Shown here: positions 9,792 to 20,039 of the stretch, piece after piece
How the letters are laid out: each line of letters begins with the position of its first letter
Numbering within the stretch: the first letter of the stretch is position 1
Source: Lachnospiraceae bacterium
GTDB lineage: Bacteria > Bacillota > Clostridia > Lachnospirales > Lachnospiraceae
Direction: 5' to 3'
Assembly (NCBI GenBank): GCA_022776445.1
Contig: JALFHZ010000236.1
Coordinates: 11,266 to 75,265, forward strand
Length of the DNA: 64,000 bases
Program-made: the position numbers and the translations under genes
The notes under the pieces: generated by a model
What the model was told of the DNA's origin: nothing
What the model saw: only the letters and a program-made list of their open reading frames with translations
Database searches by the model: none

Positions 9792-11251
9792 ACGTCTTCC
9801 CTTACCTTTCCTGTAAACATGTAACCGTCTGCCTTGGAATACCGGACGTTTTCCGGCGCGATTCCCAGTTCTTCCTCGATCATTTTTGTAATTCGAGTCT
9901 CACAGTAACCACCCTGACAGCGTCCCATCGTCGCACGAGTCCGGTTCTTGATACCGATTACCGTATGAACCCCCAGCGGATTGTGAATGGCCTGAAGAAT
10001 CTCCGCCCGCGAAACATTCTCACAGCGGCATACCACTTCGCCATAATCCGGATTTTCTGCAATCGCAGCCTTCTTCTCTTCACTGCTCATTTCAATGAAT
10101 CTTCGGATACCTTTGCGGATCGGATTAAATTCCGGATTCGCTTCCAGATGATCCCGCTCTGCTACGATCTTCACCGCTCTTCTCGCAAGCGGCAGTGCAC
10201 AGGTGATTCCCGGCGACTCGATGCCGACCAGATTGACGGTATTCGGATTTTTCTCATCAGATTCCAGCATAAAATCCAGAATCTCCCCGGTCTCCGGATT
10301 GTAGCGTTTCCAGCGGATTCCGGCAAAATTGCGGATAAAATACTCCCGTTTCATGTGCTTGAACATTTTCTGGCCATCCATAATCAGACCATCCAGATGC
10401 TCTTTCGTCACTTTGTAATCTTCCCGATCCTCGGTCACGTAGGAATCCGGTCCTACCAGCACATTGCCGTCAATCGTCGGAGTCGCATGGGTGGAAAATC
10501 CGCCTTTATCGTTGGGTGCCGGATAAACGGGAATATTCAAAAACTTTCCCGCCTTTTTATCCAGTACAAAATACTCGCCTTTAAAGCCTCTGGTCGGATA
10601 ATTCGGATACCCCAGCATCTCAGAGATCTCCGGTGCATACATGCCGGCACAGTTGATCACCCATTTGGTCCGGAAATCTCCCTTCGCGGTCTTCAGCACA
10701 TACTGCCCGTCTTCCCGAACAATCTTATCTACCCTGGTGTCAAAGTGGAACTCCACACCGTTCTGGCACGCATTTTCCGCTAATGCAATCGTATACTGCA
10801 TCGGATCCAAAATGCCGGAATCCGGTACATACATGGCAAATTCACCGCCCGCGCTGGAGTCCAGCTGATTCAGTTCCTCCTTATTGATGATACGCATGCC
10901 ACGTACACCATTTTTCTCGCCGATTTCCTTGAACTTCAGCAGATTTTTCATATCATGATCATCAAAACCGACAACCACCTTGCCGGTTCTCTTAAACGGA
11001 ACATCCAGCTCTGCCGCCACCTGATCAAATTCCTGATTGCCTTCTACGGCACATTCCGCTTTCAGGCTGCCCGGCTTATAGGTAAAACCCGCGTGAAGCA
11101 TGCCCGTATTTCTGCTGGAATTGCCGCAGGCAACATCCAGTTCTTTTTCGAACACGGCAGCTTTTATGGAATAGCGGGACAGTTCCCTGGCTACCGCACT
11201 TCCGATTACGCCTGCCCCAATGACAGCAACATCGAATCCTTCCATGTCCAT
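9788..11251 (-). CDS. FAD-dependent dehydrogenase (GlpA/LhgO-like) with C-terminal BFD-like [2Fe-2S] domain
   Basis: GAGVIG, SSRNTGMLHAG, KGEY, GIESPGIT, then CRCE...R..MGRCQGGYC. Confidence 0.88.
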   Translation of the reverse strand: MDMEGFDVAVIGAGVIGSAVARELSRYSIKAAVFEKELDVACGNSSRNTGMLHAGFTYKPGSLKAECAVEGNQEFDQVAAELDVPFKRTGKVVVGFDDHDMKNLLKFKEIGEKNGVRGMRIINKEELNQLDSSAGGEFAMYVPDSGILDPMQYTIALAENACQNGVEFHFDTRVDKIVREDGQYVLKTAKGDFRTKWVINCAGMYAPEISEMLGYPNYPTRGFKGEYFVLDKKAGKFLNIPVYPAPNDKGGFSTHATPTIDGNVLVGPDSYVTEDREDYKVTKEHLDGLIMDGQKMFKHMKREYFIRNFAGIRWKRYNPETGEILDFMLESDEKNPNTVNLVGIESPGITCALPLARRAVKIVAERDHLEANPEFNPIRKGIRRFIEMSSEEKKAAIAENPDYGEVVCRCENVSRAEILQAIHNPLGVHTVIGIKNRTRATMGRCQGGYCETRITKMIEEELGIAPENVRYSKADGYMFTGKVREDV

Positions 11252-11265
11252 TCCCCTTTCGTACC

Positions 11266-12570
11266 TTAAATCTTTGTCATCAGATTTCCATTCTCATCAA
11301 ATTCCAGCTCCATCGGCTCGTCCAGCGCCTCAACACCCGGATATTTTCCTGCCCGTACATCTTCATAATAGGACTCCGACAACATGATCTCGCCGATGTG
11401 CAGGCTGTTCGAAATCCGCACCATACGTGCTTTTTCCTGTTCAATCTTATTGCAGGTGCGGATACAAATCTGGATTGCCTCTTTATCATTGGCAACCACA
11501 CATGGAATCCGCGCGGAAGCCAGCACCGTACTGGTAATGCAGTTTGGATACATCTTCTCAATATCCATGTCATCAAATATCTTTTTGGTAATCGCAGATG
11601 CCAGACCGCAGCCCAGCGCATTGCCGTGGGACTCTTCACTCAAATTCAGGAAACAGGTGCGCTGAACCTTAATTCCTCCGGTCGCATACGGGGTGGAAAA
11701 GGTTCCGGTAATATTCGGATCCACTCCGGTTCCGCTGAAATTCTTCCCCACTTCATCTACAATCAGGACATCCGTTTCTCCTACAATCAGCTTCGGCATA
11801 TTGGTAAAGGCATATTTCAGAAGTTCCGGCTCTCTGGTAAGAATATCCTTTGCCAGAATTGCCTCGATCCTGCAGGTCTCGTCATAGGCATTTTCCATGC
11901 AGGGAATGGCCAGAAGAATCTTCGCCTTCTCCAGAACCACCTTCGCCATGGTCGGAATATTCTGAGCAATCACATCCATACCATCACCGTGAACGACAGA
12001 AGCTCCCACCTGCTTGCCCAGACCTACGGTCATCATCTTACACGGGCCGCTCTCGTACGGTCCCCGGAATGCGTTATGCGGTTTCAGACGGCAGGATACG
12101 ATAATGCCGTCTGCCTCATAAGCATTTTTGTCAATTGCAACACGGCGGCCGCGCTCAGAGTATCCCAGCTCTGCGACCTCCATAGACGATTTGATCGGAC
12201 ATCCCATGGATTCCGGTGTGATGTTGTAGCCCGCAAGGATTTCCAGCTGTCCCTCTGCGGTAGCACCGCCATGGCTGCCCATTGCCGGCACGATGAACGG
12301 CGCGGCGCCGCGGGATTTGACAAAATCTACAATGGCTTTCGTAATGATGTCCACATTGCGAATGCCACGACTGCCGGCAGTGACTGCAATACTCATCCCC
12401 GGCTGAATCAGAGATGCAAACGGTTCCTGTCCAAGCTGTTCGAATACAACTGCCGGAATATCCTCCGGTGCGATCCTGTCCCCCGGAAAAGTCTGTCTGG
12501 CATGAAACATTTTCGGAATCGGGGTATCCTTCAAAAGCTGAGATACCATACCACCACTTGTTACCTTCAT
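11266..12570 (-). CDS. Lactate racemase (LarA/DUF2088) domain protein; putative 2-hydroxy-acid racemase/epimerase
   Basis: GSRGI...PFIVPAMGSHGGATAEGQ, R.KPH..F, ESG..KM...GLGK and GK..SG.G.DPN motifs of LarA homologues. Confidence 0.82.
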   Translation of the reverse strand: MKVTSGGMVSQLLKDTPIPKMFHARQTFPGDRIAPEDIPAVVFEQLGQEPFASLIQPGMSIAVTAGSRGIRNVDIITKAIVDFVKSRGAAPFIVPAMGSHGGATAEGQLEILAGYNITPESMGCPIKSSMEVAELGYSERGRRVAIDKNAYEADGIIVSCRLKPHNAFRGPYESGPCKMMTVGLGKQVGASVVHGDGMDVIAQNIPTMAKVVLEKAKILLAIPCMENAYDETCRIEAILAKDILTREPELLKYAFTNMPKLIVGETDVLIVDEVGKNFSGTGVDPNITGTFSTPYATGGIKVQRTCFLNLSEESHGNALGCGLASAITKKIFDDMDIEKMYPNCITSTVLASARIPCVVANDKEAIQICIRTCNKIEQEKARMVRISNSLHIGEIMLSESYYEDVRAGKYPGVEALDEPMELEFDENGNLMTKI

Positions 12571-12613
12571 ATAGCCTCCTCGTCATAACAGTTCATCATG
12601 TAATATCTCATGC

Positions 12614-12645
12614 AAAAAAAGGACAAGATTCCATATCCTGTCCTT
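12614..12645 (-). terminator. Rho-independent terminator after gudD
   Basis: Minus strand AAGGACAGGATATGGAATCTTGTCC followed by a T7 tract. Confidence 0.6.
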
Positions 12646-12663
12646 CTTGATTTTTAATTTTTC

Positions 12664-13992
12664 TTACCGAACCAGGCAAGGTTTCTTCGGATTGAACTTC
12701 CATCCCGGAATCAGGTACTGCATTCCGATGGAGTCATCTCTTCCGCCCAGACAGTTGTCCAGATAAAGCTGATGTGCTTTCTTAATCTGCTCCATATCAG
12801 CCTCGATACCAAGACCCGGTTTCTTCGGAACTGCTACACAGCCGTCTACGATCTGCAGCGGTTCTTTGGTCAGTCTCTCCAGACCTTCCTGCCAGATCCA
12901 GTGCGTATCCAGTGCATTATACTCGCCGGGAACTGCCGCACCTACCTGAGTGAACATCGCCAGGGAAATATCAAAATGGTTGTTGGAGTGGGAACCCCAG
13001 GTATAGCCGAAGTCATGACACATCTGAGCCACACGTACGGAACCGCTCATGGTCCAGAAGTGCGGGTCTGCCAGAATGATATCTACTGCCTGAGACTCCA
13101 GAGAATGTCCAACCTCTCTCCAGTCGGTTGCAATCATGTTGGTAGCGGTCGGGAAACCGGTACGGCGGCGGAACTCACTCATGATCTCACGGCCGGAATA
13201 TACGCCCTCTGCTCCACACGGATCCTCACAGTAGGTCAGGATACCTTTCATACCTTTCACATACTCAACAGCCTCTTCCAGCAGCCAGCCGCCGTTCGGG
13301 TCCAGATCGATTCTCGCATCCGGGAACGCTTTCTTCAGTTCACGGATGACATCCATCTCCTCATTACCCGGGAGTACGCCGCCTTTCAGCTTGAAGTCCT
13401 GGAAACCGTATTTCTCATGAGTAGCTTTTGCAAACGCAACAATTTTGTCTGCAGTCAGCGCTTCCTCATGGCGGATGCGGTACCACTCGCAGTCAGAATC
13501 CGGCTCATGGTCATACGGCAGATCGGTCTTGTTCGGATCGCCTACAAAGAACAGATAGCCCAGCATACGAACCTTGTCTCTCTGCTGTCCGTCGCCCAGA
13601 AGCTCACATACCGGCACGCCCAGATGCTTGCCCAACAGATCCAGACACGGAGCCTCAATTGCTGTGATTACGTGAACACCGGTTCTCAGATCGAAGGTCT
13701 GATTGCCGCGGACATCTTCCTCGCCCTTGGAGTCCAGATACTTTTTCACTTTCAGCAGGGTACTCTTATACTCTGCCACTCTGGTGCCTTCCACTAACGG
13801 AATACACTCTTCCAGAGCTGCGGTGATCTTCTTGCCGCCCGGAACTTCACCGACGCCCATCTCACCGTTGTCTGCATACAGCACAACCACATTTCTGGTG
13901 AAATATGGTGCATGTGCACCGCTCAGATTCAGTTCCATGCAGTCTTTTCCTGCTACCGGCCATACTTCCATTTTGGTAATTACTGGTGACAT
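12664..13992 (-). CDS. gudD: Glucarate dehydratase (enolase superfamily)
   Basis: PVAG.D....[43 protein letters not shown] and [10 protein letters not shown], all GudD hallmarks. Confidence 0.93.
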   Translation of the reverse strand: MSPVITKMEVWPVAGKDCMELNLSGAHAPYFTRNVVVLYADNGEMGVGEVPGGKKITAALEECIPLVEGTRVAEYKSTLLKVKKYLDSKGEEDVRGNQTFDLRTGVHVITAIEAPCLDLLGKHLGVPVCELLGDGQQRDKVRMLGYLFFVGDPNKTDLPYDHEPDSDCEWYRIRHEEALTADKIVAFAKATHEKYGFQDFKLKGGVLPGNEEMDVIRELKKAFPDARIDLDPNGGWLLEEAVEYVKGMKGILTYCEDPCGAEGVYSGREIMSEFRRRTGFPTATNMIATDWREVGHSLESQAVDIILADPHFWTMSGSVRVAQMCHDFGYTWGSHSNNHFDISLAMFTQVGAAVPGEYNALDTHWIWQEGLERLTKEPLQIVDGCVAVPKKPGLGIEADMEQIKKAHQLYLDNCLGGRDDSIGMQYLIPGWKFNPKKPCLVR

Positions 13993-14043
13993 AATTATTT
14001 TCCTCCTCTTCCTGTTCTGGGATTTCTCTTGCTTTCTGACTTT

Positions 14044-14077
14044 ATTATATCAGATTATCACAATAAGTAAAATTAAT
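14044..14077 (-). promoter_or_regulatory. gudD promoter (TTTACT-16-TATAAT) with shared ATTAAT element
   Basis: Minus strand ATTAAT-TTTACT-N16-TATAAT; the same 12-mer lies at 20623-20634 and 25772-25783. Confidence 0.6.
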
Positions 14078-14184
14078 AGTATTTATGTTTCTCTAAATCA
14101 TTTTAATTGTATTTTCTTTTCAATCAACGCCTTGTCTGCTATAATAGAACTATCTTTTAACGACTCAGAAAGGAATTTACCATC

Positions 14185-15045
14185 ATGAATGAAAAAATTA
14201 CTTTTCTCAAACAAAAGCAGAAACGTCTGCAGATTCTGGGAACGATATTCCTGATCGCCCTCATTATCGTCCTTCTGATTGGTATGAAATCTCAGTTGCT
14301 CAGCGCCGTACTGGCCTTTCTTTTCCTGCTGATCTACCTGTTTGGAATCCGTTCCGCCAAAAAAAGCTACCAGCAGGCAGTCAAAACGGTGATTCTGGAG
14401 GAAAGCTTCCGTCCACAATTCAAGCAGATCACCTACCTGCCCAAAGACGGTCTTTCTCCCTCTGACCTTGCTGATACCGGTTTTTTTCCGGTTGCTCATG
14501 CAAAGAACATGCTGATCCGTGATACGCTCAAGGGCACCTACCAGGGCATGCCGGTCGTTCTGTCTGATCTTACATTTGATGTTGTGTCCAGTCAGCCCGG
14601 TTCTACCAAAAACACGGTGGATTTCCTTGCCGGCTGCTACTTTGACATTCAGCTGAACAAAAAGACCGGCATGAACTGCTGTCTCTGGTCGGAAGACTGC
14701 ATGCCGCAGAATCGGAAGAAAGACCTGTATCCGAATCTCATCTGCGCGCAGCTAGAAGCTTCCGGAGAAAAGCCGCACAGCTACTGTCTCTATCAGTTAC
14801 CTGACATGCCGGAGACACTGTTCCCGGATTCCTTGCTCAAGGCCATCTGCCGTCTGGATGAATATACGCCAGGCGCAATCGCCTTGCAGATTACCGATGA
14901 CCATCTCCGGATTTTCATCCGCAGCCGTTTCCTCTATACGATGACGGTCAAGATCCAGGCACCGCTTACCAGTCAGCTGCTGACTGCCAATCCGTTCCCG
15001 GAGATTCACGCAATCCTTCGAACGGCAGATACCCTGATTTCCTGA
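14185..15045 (+). CDS. Membrane-anchored hypothetical protein (DUF3137-like)
   Basis: Two N-terminal TM helices then a soluble domain with D...G.Y.G......D pattern; family call tentative. Confidence 0.6.
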   Translation: MNEKITFLKQKQKRLQILGTIFLIALIIVLLIGMKSQLLSAVLAFLFLLIYLFGIRSAKKSYQQAVKTVILEESFRPQFKQITYLPKDGLSPSDLADTGFFPVAHAKNMLIRDTLKGTYQGMPVVLSDLTFDVVSSQPGSTKNTVDFLAGCYFDIQLNKKTGMNCCLWSEDCMPQNRKKDLYPNLICAQLEASGEKPHSYCLYQLPDMPETLFPDSLLKAICRLDEYTPGAIALQITDDHLRIFIRSRFLYTMTVKIQAPLTSQLLTANPFPEIHAILRTADTLIS

Positions 15046-15069
15046 ATCGAAACATATCCGTTTACCAGA

Positions 15070-15101
15070 ACGTGCTGCCTGAAATCGGACAGGCAGCACG
15101 T
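15070..15101. terminator. Bidirectional terminator
   Basis: 12-bp perfect inverted repeat ACGTGCTGCCTG/CAGGCAGCACGT between convergent genes. Confidence 0.8.
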
Positions 15102-15123
15102 CTTTTATCTCTCATCTTTTTCA

Positions 15124-16629
15124 TTATGCATTCTGTTTTTTCAATCGGTAGGCCTTTAGTTCTTTCCATACAGACCAGATGAGTACCGCAATTGCAATAA
15201 AGAAAAACAGGTCAAAAATCGGTCTCGCAAAAAATGCTCCAAAGGATTTGTACTGCATGATACCGCGTCGCAGATAGGTCTCCAGCATCTCGCCAATCAG
15301 GAAGCACAGTACGAAAGGAGTGGTCGGCAGGCTGAACTTGTGATAAATATAGCCGATGACGCCGAAAATCAGGATGGACTGTACATCGAAAATCCGATTG
15401 TTGGTCGCGTATGCACCAACGCAGCACAGCACCAGAATCAGCGGGAGCAAAATCTGCTTCGGAACCTTCAGCACCTGTACAAATCCTTTGATACAGGTCC
15501 ATTCGACAACCAGCATGATCAGCGTACAGAGCATACATGCCGCGAAAATGCCATATACCACATCCGCATTCTTCACAAACAGCAGCGGACCGGCAGACAG
15601 CCCGTGGATCAGGAAACCGCCGAGCATCATCGCTGTAACACCATCGCCCGGGATACCAAGTACGAGAAGTGGAATCATCGCACCGCCGATCGTCGCATTG
15701 TTGGCCGACTCGGTTGCCACGACTCCATCCGGACATCCCTTACCGAACTTCTCAGGATATTTGGACATATTCTTGGCGGTCACATATGCCAGCATGCCGG
15801 AGGTAGAACCGCCGATTCCAGGCAGGATCCCGATTCCGGTACCGATCAGTGCGGAACGGAAAAAATTCGGAAGATGATGTACAAACTCCTGCATACTGAA
15901 GCCAAAGCCCCGAACCTTCCGGATCGGAATGGTTTCCATCTTGCCGCTTCCCATGCTTTCTGCTGTGCACAGGATATCCGAGATTGCAAAGATACCAATC
16001 AGCGTCGGCAGCGTATCAAAGCCTGCCATCAGATTGGTGGAGCCAAACGTAAAACGTGCTGTTCCATCAATTGGTGCCATACCGATCAGGGTAAACATCA
16101 GTCCCAGCAGTCCTGCCAGAAGTCCTCGGAGCATATTGCCGGATGACAGAATCGCTACCATGGTCAGAGCGAAAAAGCAGATTCCGAAATTCTCAGCCGG
16201 AGTAAATTTCAAAGCCACATCAGCCAGCATCGGCGCACAGAAGGTCAGAATGATGAAAGAGAAACTTGATCCCAGTGCCGAGAATACAATGCCCAGACCC
16301 AGCGCCTTCATCGCCTCTCCCCGTTTTGCCATCGGGTGTCCGTCAAAGCAGGTTGCAATGGAAGATGCTGTACCCGGCATATTCAGAAGAATCGCTGAGA
16401 TCAGTCCGCCGGAAATACCGCCGATATAAACAGCTACCAGCGTATTCATTCCCATGGAAGGCGTCATGCTGAATGTAAGCGGAAGCATCAGCGCTACTGC
16501 CATGGATGCTGACAGTCCGGGGATGGAGCCAAACACAATACCGATCGCAACACCGGCAATCATCATCAGAATGGAGGCCGGATTCATAATACTCACAAAT
16601 GCATGTCCCAAAAGTCCTAAAGCGTTCAT
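15124..16629 (-). CDS. tctA: TTT permease TctA (copy 2)
   Basis: GSIPGL, NMPGT..SIATCFDGHPM, GILPGIGG and ESANNA...GAMIPLLVLGIPGD motifs. Confidence 0.95.
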   Translation of the reverse strand: MNALGLLGHAFVSIMNPASILMMIAGVAIGIVFGSIPGLSASMAVALMLPLTFSMTPSMGMNTLVAVYIGGISGGLISAILLNMPGTASSIATCFDGHPMAKRGEAMKALGLGIVFSALGSSFSFIILTFCAPMLADVALKFTPAENFGICFFALTMVAILSSGNMLRGLLAGLLGLMFTLIGMAPIDGTARFTFGSTNLMAGFDTLPTLIGIFAISDILCTAESMGSGKMETIPIRKVRGFGFSMQEFVHHLPNFFRSALIGTGIGILPGIGGSTSGMLAYVTAKNMSKYPEKFGKGCPDGVVATESANNATIGGAMIPLLVLGIPGDGVTAMMLGGFLIHGLSAGPLLFVKNADVVYGIFAACMLCTLIMLVVEWTCIKGFVQVLKVPKQILLPLILVLCCVGAYATNNRIFDVQSILIFGVIGYIYHKFSLPTTPFVLCFLIGEMLETYLRRGIMQYKSFGAFFARPIFDLFFFIAIAVLIWSVWKELKAYRLKKQNA

Positions 16630-16641
16630 ATTCTCTCTCCT

Positions 16642-17139
16642 TTACAATGTGATTGTGAAAATACCTGCCGGAAGCACGATCTTAAATCCGTAGCGGAATA
16701 AAAAGAATACAACCAGGGTGAATATAACATCAACTACAATCAATCGAACTGCTTCTTTTTTGTTGCGCTGCTCATCCGGTGCGAGCACCAGCATCTGAAA
16801 GAACAGAAATACCAGGGTCGAAAGAATGAAACCAATCAGCTTGATTGCAAACACATAGATCAGTACCAGAATGATGCTGGACAGCACACGCTTGTAGTCA
16901 CAGTCCGGAATGGAATCCGGGTTCAGACCTGCCGCATGCATTTTGAAATTTTTAATGCTCAAAATAATCAAAACCAGGGATAGAACAAACGTCACACTTC
17001 CGATACACATCGGCATGAAATCCGGTCCGATTTCCATGACTTTTGATTTTGGAAGCATCAGCGCCATGATCATCAGTACTGTTGATACCGCCATAAAAAA
17101 TACACCTACAACAATGTCTCCATACTTTTTAAAAAACAT
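16642..17139 (-). CDS. tctB: TTT small subunit TctB (copy 2)
   Basis: IGPDFMP and FKIVLPAG motifs; immediately upstream of tctA. Confidence 0.9.
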   Translation of the reverse strand: MFFKKYGDIVVGVFFMAVSTVLMIMALMLPKSKVMEIGPDFMPMCIGSVTFVLSLVLIILSIKNFKMHAAGLNPDSIPDCDYKRVLSSIILVLIYVFAIKLIGFILSTLVFLFFQMLVLAPDEQRNKKEAVRLIVVDVIFTLVVFFLFRYGFKIVLPAGIFTITL

Positions 17140-17190
17140 AGCTCACTCTCCTTATCTCTTATTCTTTAGAAGCCTTACCTCTCTGCTTCT

Positions 17191-17276
17191 ACTATACCGT
17201 ACCGGTCGTATGGAGACAATAAAAGCCCTATAAAGGGCTTGCAAATTTCTGTTAATTCTTCTTAACAATCTTAACA
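17191..17276 (-). promoter_or_regulatory. Separate promoter for tctB2-tctA2 with upstream operator-like sites
   Basis: Minus strand TTGTCT (17214-17219)-N17-TATAGT (17191-17196); palindrome AAGCCCT-ATAA-AGGGCTT (17223-17240) and TTAAG/TTAAC repeats (17251-17276) upstream. Confidence 0.6.
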
Positions 17277-17320
17277 AAACTAATAACACTATAATTTAAT
17301 CTTATTTTACAGATAACTAT

Positions 17321-17364
17321 AAAAGAAACGGGATTATTGCATGCGCAATAATCCCGTTTCTTTT
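17321..17364 (-). terminator. Strong terminator after tctC
   Basis: 20-bp perfect inverted repeat AAAAGAAACGGGATTATTGC/GCAATAATCCCGTTTCTTTT. Confidence 0.88.
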
Positions 17365-17383
17365 CACACTATACTGTATTCTC

Positions 17384-18436
17384 TTACTGCTCCAAAGCAT
17401 CTGCGATACCTTTGATCGTATTGAAGATTGCTTCATCATTCTTAGCAGAATCTGCTGCGCTTAAGTAGTATGGCATCATATCTACATTTGCTACGCCTTC
17501 TGCTGCTGCCGGATCTGCCAGTACCTTCTGTACCAGATCCTCGTAGTATGCGATTACTTCATCCGGAGTCTCAGCCGGGAAGTAGAAGGAGAAGTCACAG
17601 TCCGGATATACCAGATCAACACCCTGCTCTTTCAGAGTCGGGATATCTTTGATCAGGTCATATCTCTCCTCAGTCGGAGCACCGATACATACAAACTGAC
17701 CTGCAGTCAGATAATCTTTACAGTTGATGTATGCACCCGGCATCAGGTCAACCTGACCGGACAGCATAGCTGCAATCTTATCAGAGTTGGAACCAACGTC
17801 AACCAGATCCAGATCGATTCCTGCCTGTTTCTCAAACTCCAGAAGCTCATAGTAAGTATAAGCGCCTACCTCGGTACAAGCCTTCAGCTGACCCGGATTT
17901 GCTTTTGCTGCCTCGATGAATGCGTTCAGGTCAGTGTACTTTTCCGGATTTACATACAGCTGCTGTGCCGGATCCTTGGCAAAGGTCGGGCCAAGCTTGA
18001 ATGCGGTATAGTTGTAATCTGTTACACCAGCGATATTTGCAACGTTTACCAGATTATGTCCATACAGGAAGGTGTGTCCGTCCGGAGCCGCAGACAGAAC
18101 CTGATTTGCTGCTACAGAACCAGCTGCACCACTTGCATTTACAACGATAAAATCAACACCGGTCAGCTCTTTTGCATACTGTGCAAATACACGTGCGGAA
18201 AGGTCGGTATTGCCGCCTGCACCTGCCGGTACGATGATGGATACCGTGGTAGATGGTGCCCAGCTGCCTGCTGCGCTGTCAGCCGGAGCTGCCTCACCTG
18301 CCTCCGCCGTGGTAGCCTCTGCTGCCGGAGCTGCTGCTGCCGCTGCAGTGGTCTCTGCCGGCTTGCTGCCGCCGCATGCTGCCAGACTCAGTACCATGGT
18401 TCCTGCCAGAACAGTTGCTAACATTCTTTTTTTCAT
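17384..18436 (-). CDS. tctC: TTT substrate-binding lipoprotein TctC
   Basis: Lipobox LAAC, IIVPAGAGGNTDLSAR, APDGHT and IPTLKEQG motifs. Confidence 0.93.
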   Translation of the reverse strand: MKKRMLATVLAGTMVLSLAACGGSKPAETTAAAAAAPAAEATTAEAGEAAPADSAAGSWAPSTTVSIIVPAGAGGNTDLSARVFAQYAKELTGVDFIVVNASGAAGSVAANQVLSAAPDGHTFLYGHNLVNVANIAGVTDYNYTAFKLGPTFAKDPAQQLYVNPEKYTDLNAFIEAAKANPGQLKACTEVGAYTYYELLEFEKQAGIDLDLVDVGSNSDKIAAMLSGQVDLMPGAYINCKDYLTAGQFVCIGAPTEERYDLIKDIPTLKEQGVDLVYPDCDFSFYFPAETPDEVIAYYEDLVQKVLADPAAAEGVANVDMMPYYLSAADSAKNDEAIFNTIKGIADALEQ

Positions 18437-18518
18437 AGTAATCTCTCCTTTTCTTTTCCCTTTTTATATAGACCCTCCCCTCACAGGAGAGGGTTTATAT
18501 TCGTCATGTTATGTAGTT

Positions 18519-20024
18519 TTAAGCCGCCTGCTTTTTGGCTCTGTAAGCCTTCAGTTCCTTGTATACGGACCATACCAGTACCGCGATTGCCACAAAGAAG
18601 AAGAAGTCAAAAATCGGCCTTGCAAAGAATGCACCGAATGATTTGTACTGCATGATGCCTCGTCTCAGATAGGTCTCCAGCATCTCACCGATCAGGAAGC
18701 ACAGTACAAACGGTGTCGTCGGCAGACTGAATTTGTGATAAACGTAGCCTACAATACCGAAAATCAGGATGGACTGTACATCGAAGATCCGGTTGTTGGT
18801 CGCATAAGCACCGACACAGCAAAGAACCAGAATCAGCGGAAGCAGGATGTGTTTCGGAACCTTCAGTACCTGTACAAAGCCCTTGATACAGGTCCATTCC
18901 ACAACCAGCATAATCAGTGTACATACGATACATGCAGCGAAAATTCCGTATACAACATCTGCATTCTTCACGAACAGCAACGGACCTGCGGACAGACCGT
19001 GAATCAGGAAGCCGCCGAGCATCATTGCGGTAACACCGTCACCCGGGATACCAAGTACCAGCAGAGGAATCATTGCACCACCGATCGTCGCGTTGTTGGC
19101 AGACTCGGTTGCTACGATACCATCCGGATATCCGGTTCCGAATTTTTCCGGATGCTTGGACATATTCTTGGCAGTTACATAAGCCAGCATACCGGAGGTA
19201 GAGCCGCCGATACCAGGCAGGATACCGATTCCGGTACCAATCAGAGCAGAACGCAGGAAGTTCGGAAGATGATGAATAAACTCCTGCATGCTGAATCCAA
19301 ATCCTTTTACCTTCTTAATCGGAATGGTTTCCAGCTTGCCGCTTCCCATGCTCTCCGCGGTACACAGGATATCCGAGATTGCGAAGATACCGATCAGAGT
19401 CGGAAGAGTATCAAAGCCAGCCATCAGGTTGCTGGAACCAAAAGTAAAACGTGCGGTTCCATCGATCGGAGCCATGCCGATCAGTGTAAACATCAGACCA
19501 AACAGACCAGCCAGAAGTCCGCGGATCATGTTGCCGGAAGAGAGGATCGCAACCATCGTCAGAGCGAAGAAGCAGATACCAAAGTTCTCAGCCGGAGTGA
19601 ATTTCAGTGCCACATCTGCCAGCAGCGGTGCGCAGAAGGTCAGAATCAGGAAGGAGAAGATGGAACCCATTGCAGAGAACACAATACCAAGTCCCAGAGC
19701 CTTCATAGCCTCACCGTTCTTTGCCATCGGATGACCGTCGAAGCAGGTTGCGATGGAAGAAGCAGTACCCGGCATGTTCAGCAGGATTGCGGAAATCAGA
19801 CCACCGGAGATACCGCCGATGTAAACTGCTACCAGAGTGTTCATACCCAGAGACGGTGTCATGCTGAACGTCAGCGGCAGCATCAGTGCTACTGCCATGG
19901 AAGCGGACAGTCCGGGGATAGAACCAAAGATAATACCGATTGCGACACCGGCAATCATCAGAAGGATGGATGCCGGATTCAAAATGCTGACAAATGCATT
20001 TCCTAAAAGTCCTAATGCCTGCAT
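18519..20024 (-). CDS. tctA: TTT permease TctA (copy 1)
   Basis: Same motifs as 15124-16629; about 35 substitutions in 501 aa by manual comparison. Confidence 0.95.
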   Translation of the reverse strand: MQALGLLGNAFVSILNPASILLMIAGVAIGIIFGSIPGLSASMAVALMLPLTFSMTPSLGMNTLVAVYIGGISGGLISAILLNMPGTASSIATCFDGHPMAKNGEAMKALGLGIVFSAMGSIFSFLILTFCAPLLADVALKFTPAENFGICFFALTMVAILSSGNMIRGLLAGLFGLMFTLIGMAPIDGTARFTFGSSNLMAGFDTLPTLIGIFAISDILCTAESMGSGKLETIPIKKVKGFGFSMQEFIHHLPNFLRSALIGTGIGILPGIGGSTSGMLAYVTAKNMSKHPEKFGTGYPDGIVATESANNATIGGAMIPLLVLGIPGDGVTAMMLGGFLIHGLSAGPLLFVKNADVVYGIFAACIVCTLIMLVVEWTCIKGFVQVLKVPKHILLPLILVLCCVGAYATNNRIFDVQSILIFGIVGYVYHKFSLPTTPFVLCFLIGEMLETYLRRGIMQYKSFGAFFARPIFDFFFFVAIAVLVWSVYKELKAYRAKKQAA

Positions 20025-20039
20025 ATTCTTTTCTCCTCC

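Noticed and set aside
9788-11251. Firm glpA (glycerol-3-phosphate dehydrogenase) call
   Set aside because: No glpK/glpF/glpP in the window; context points to hydroxy-acid metabolism, so no symbol was given.
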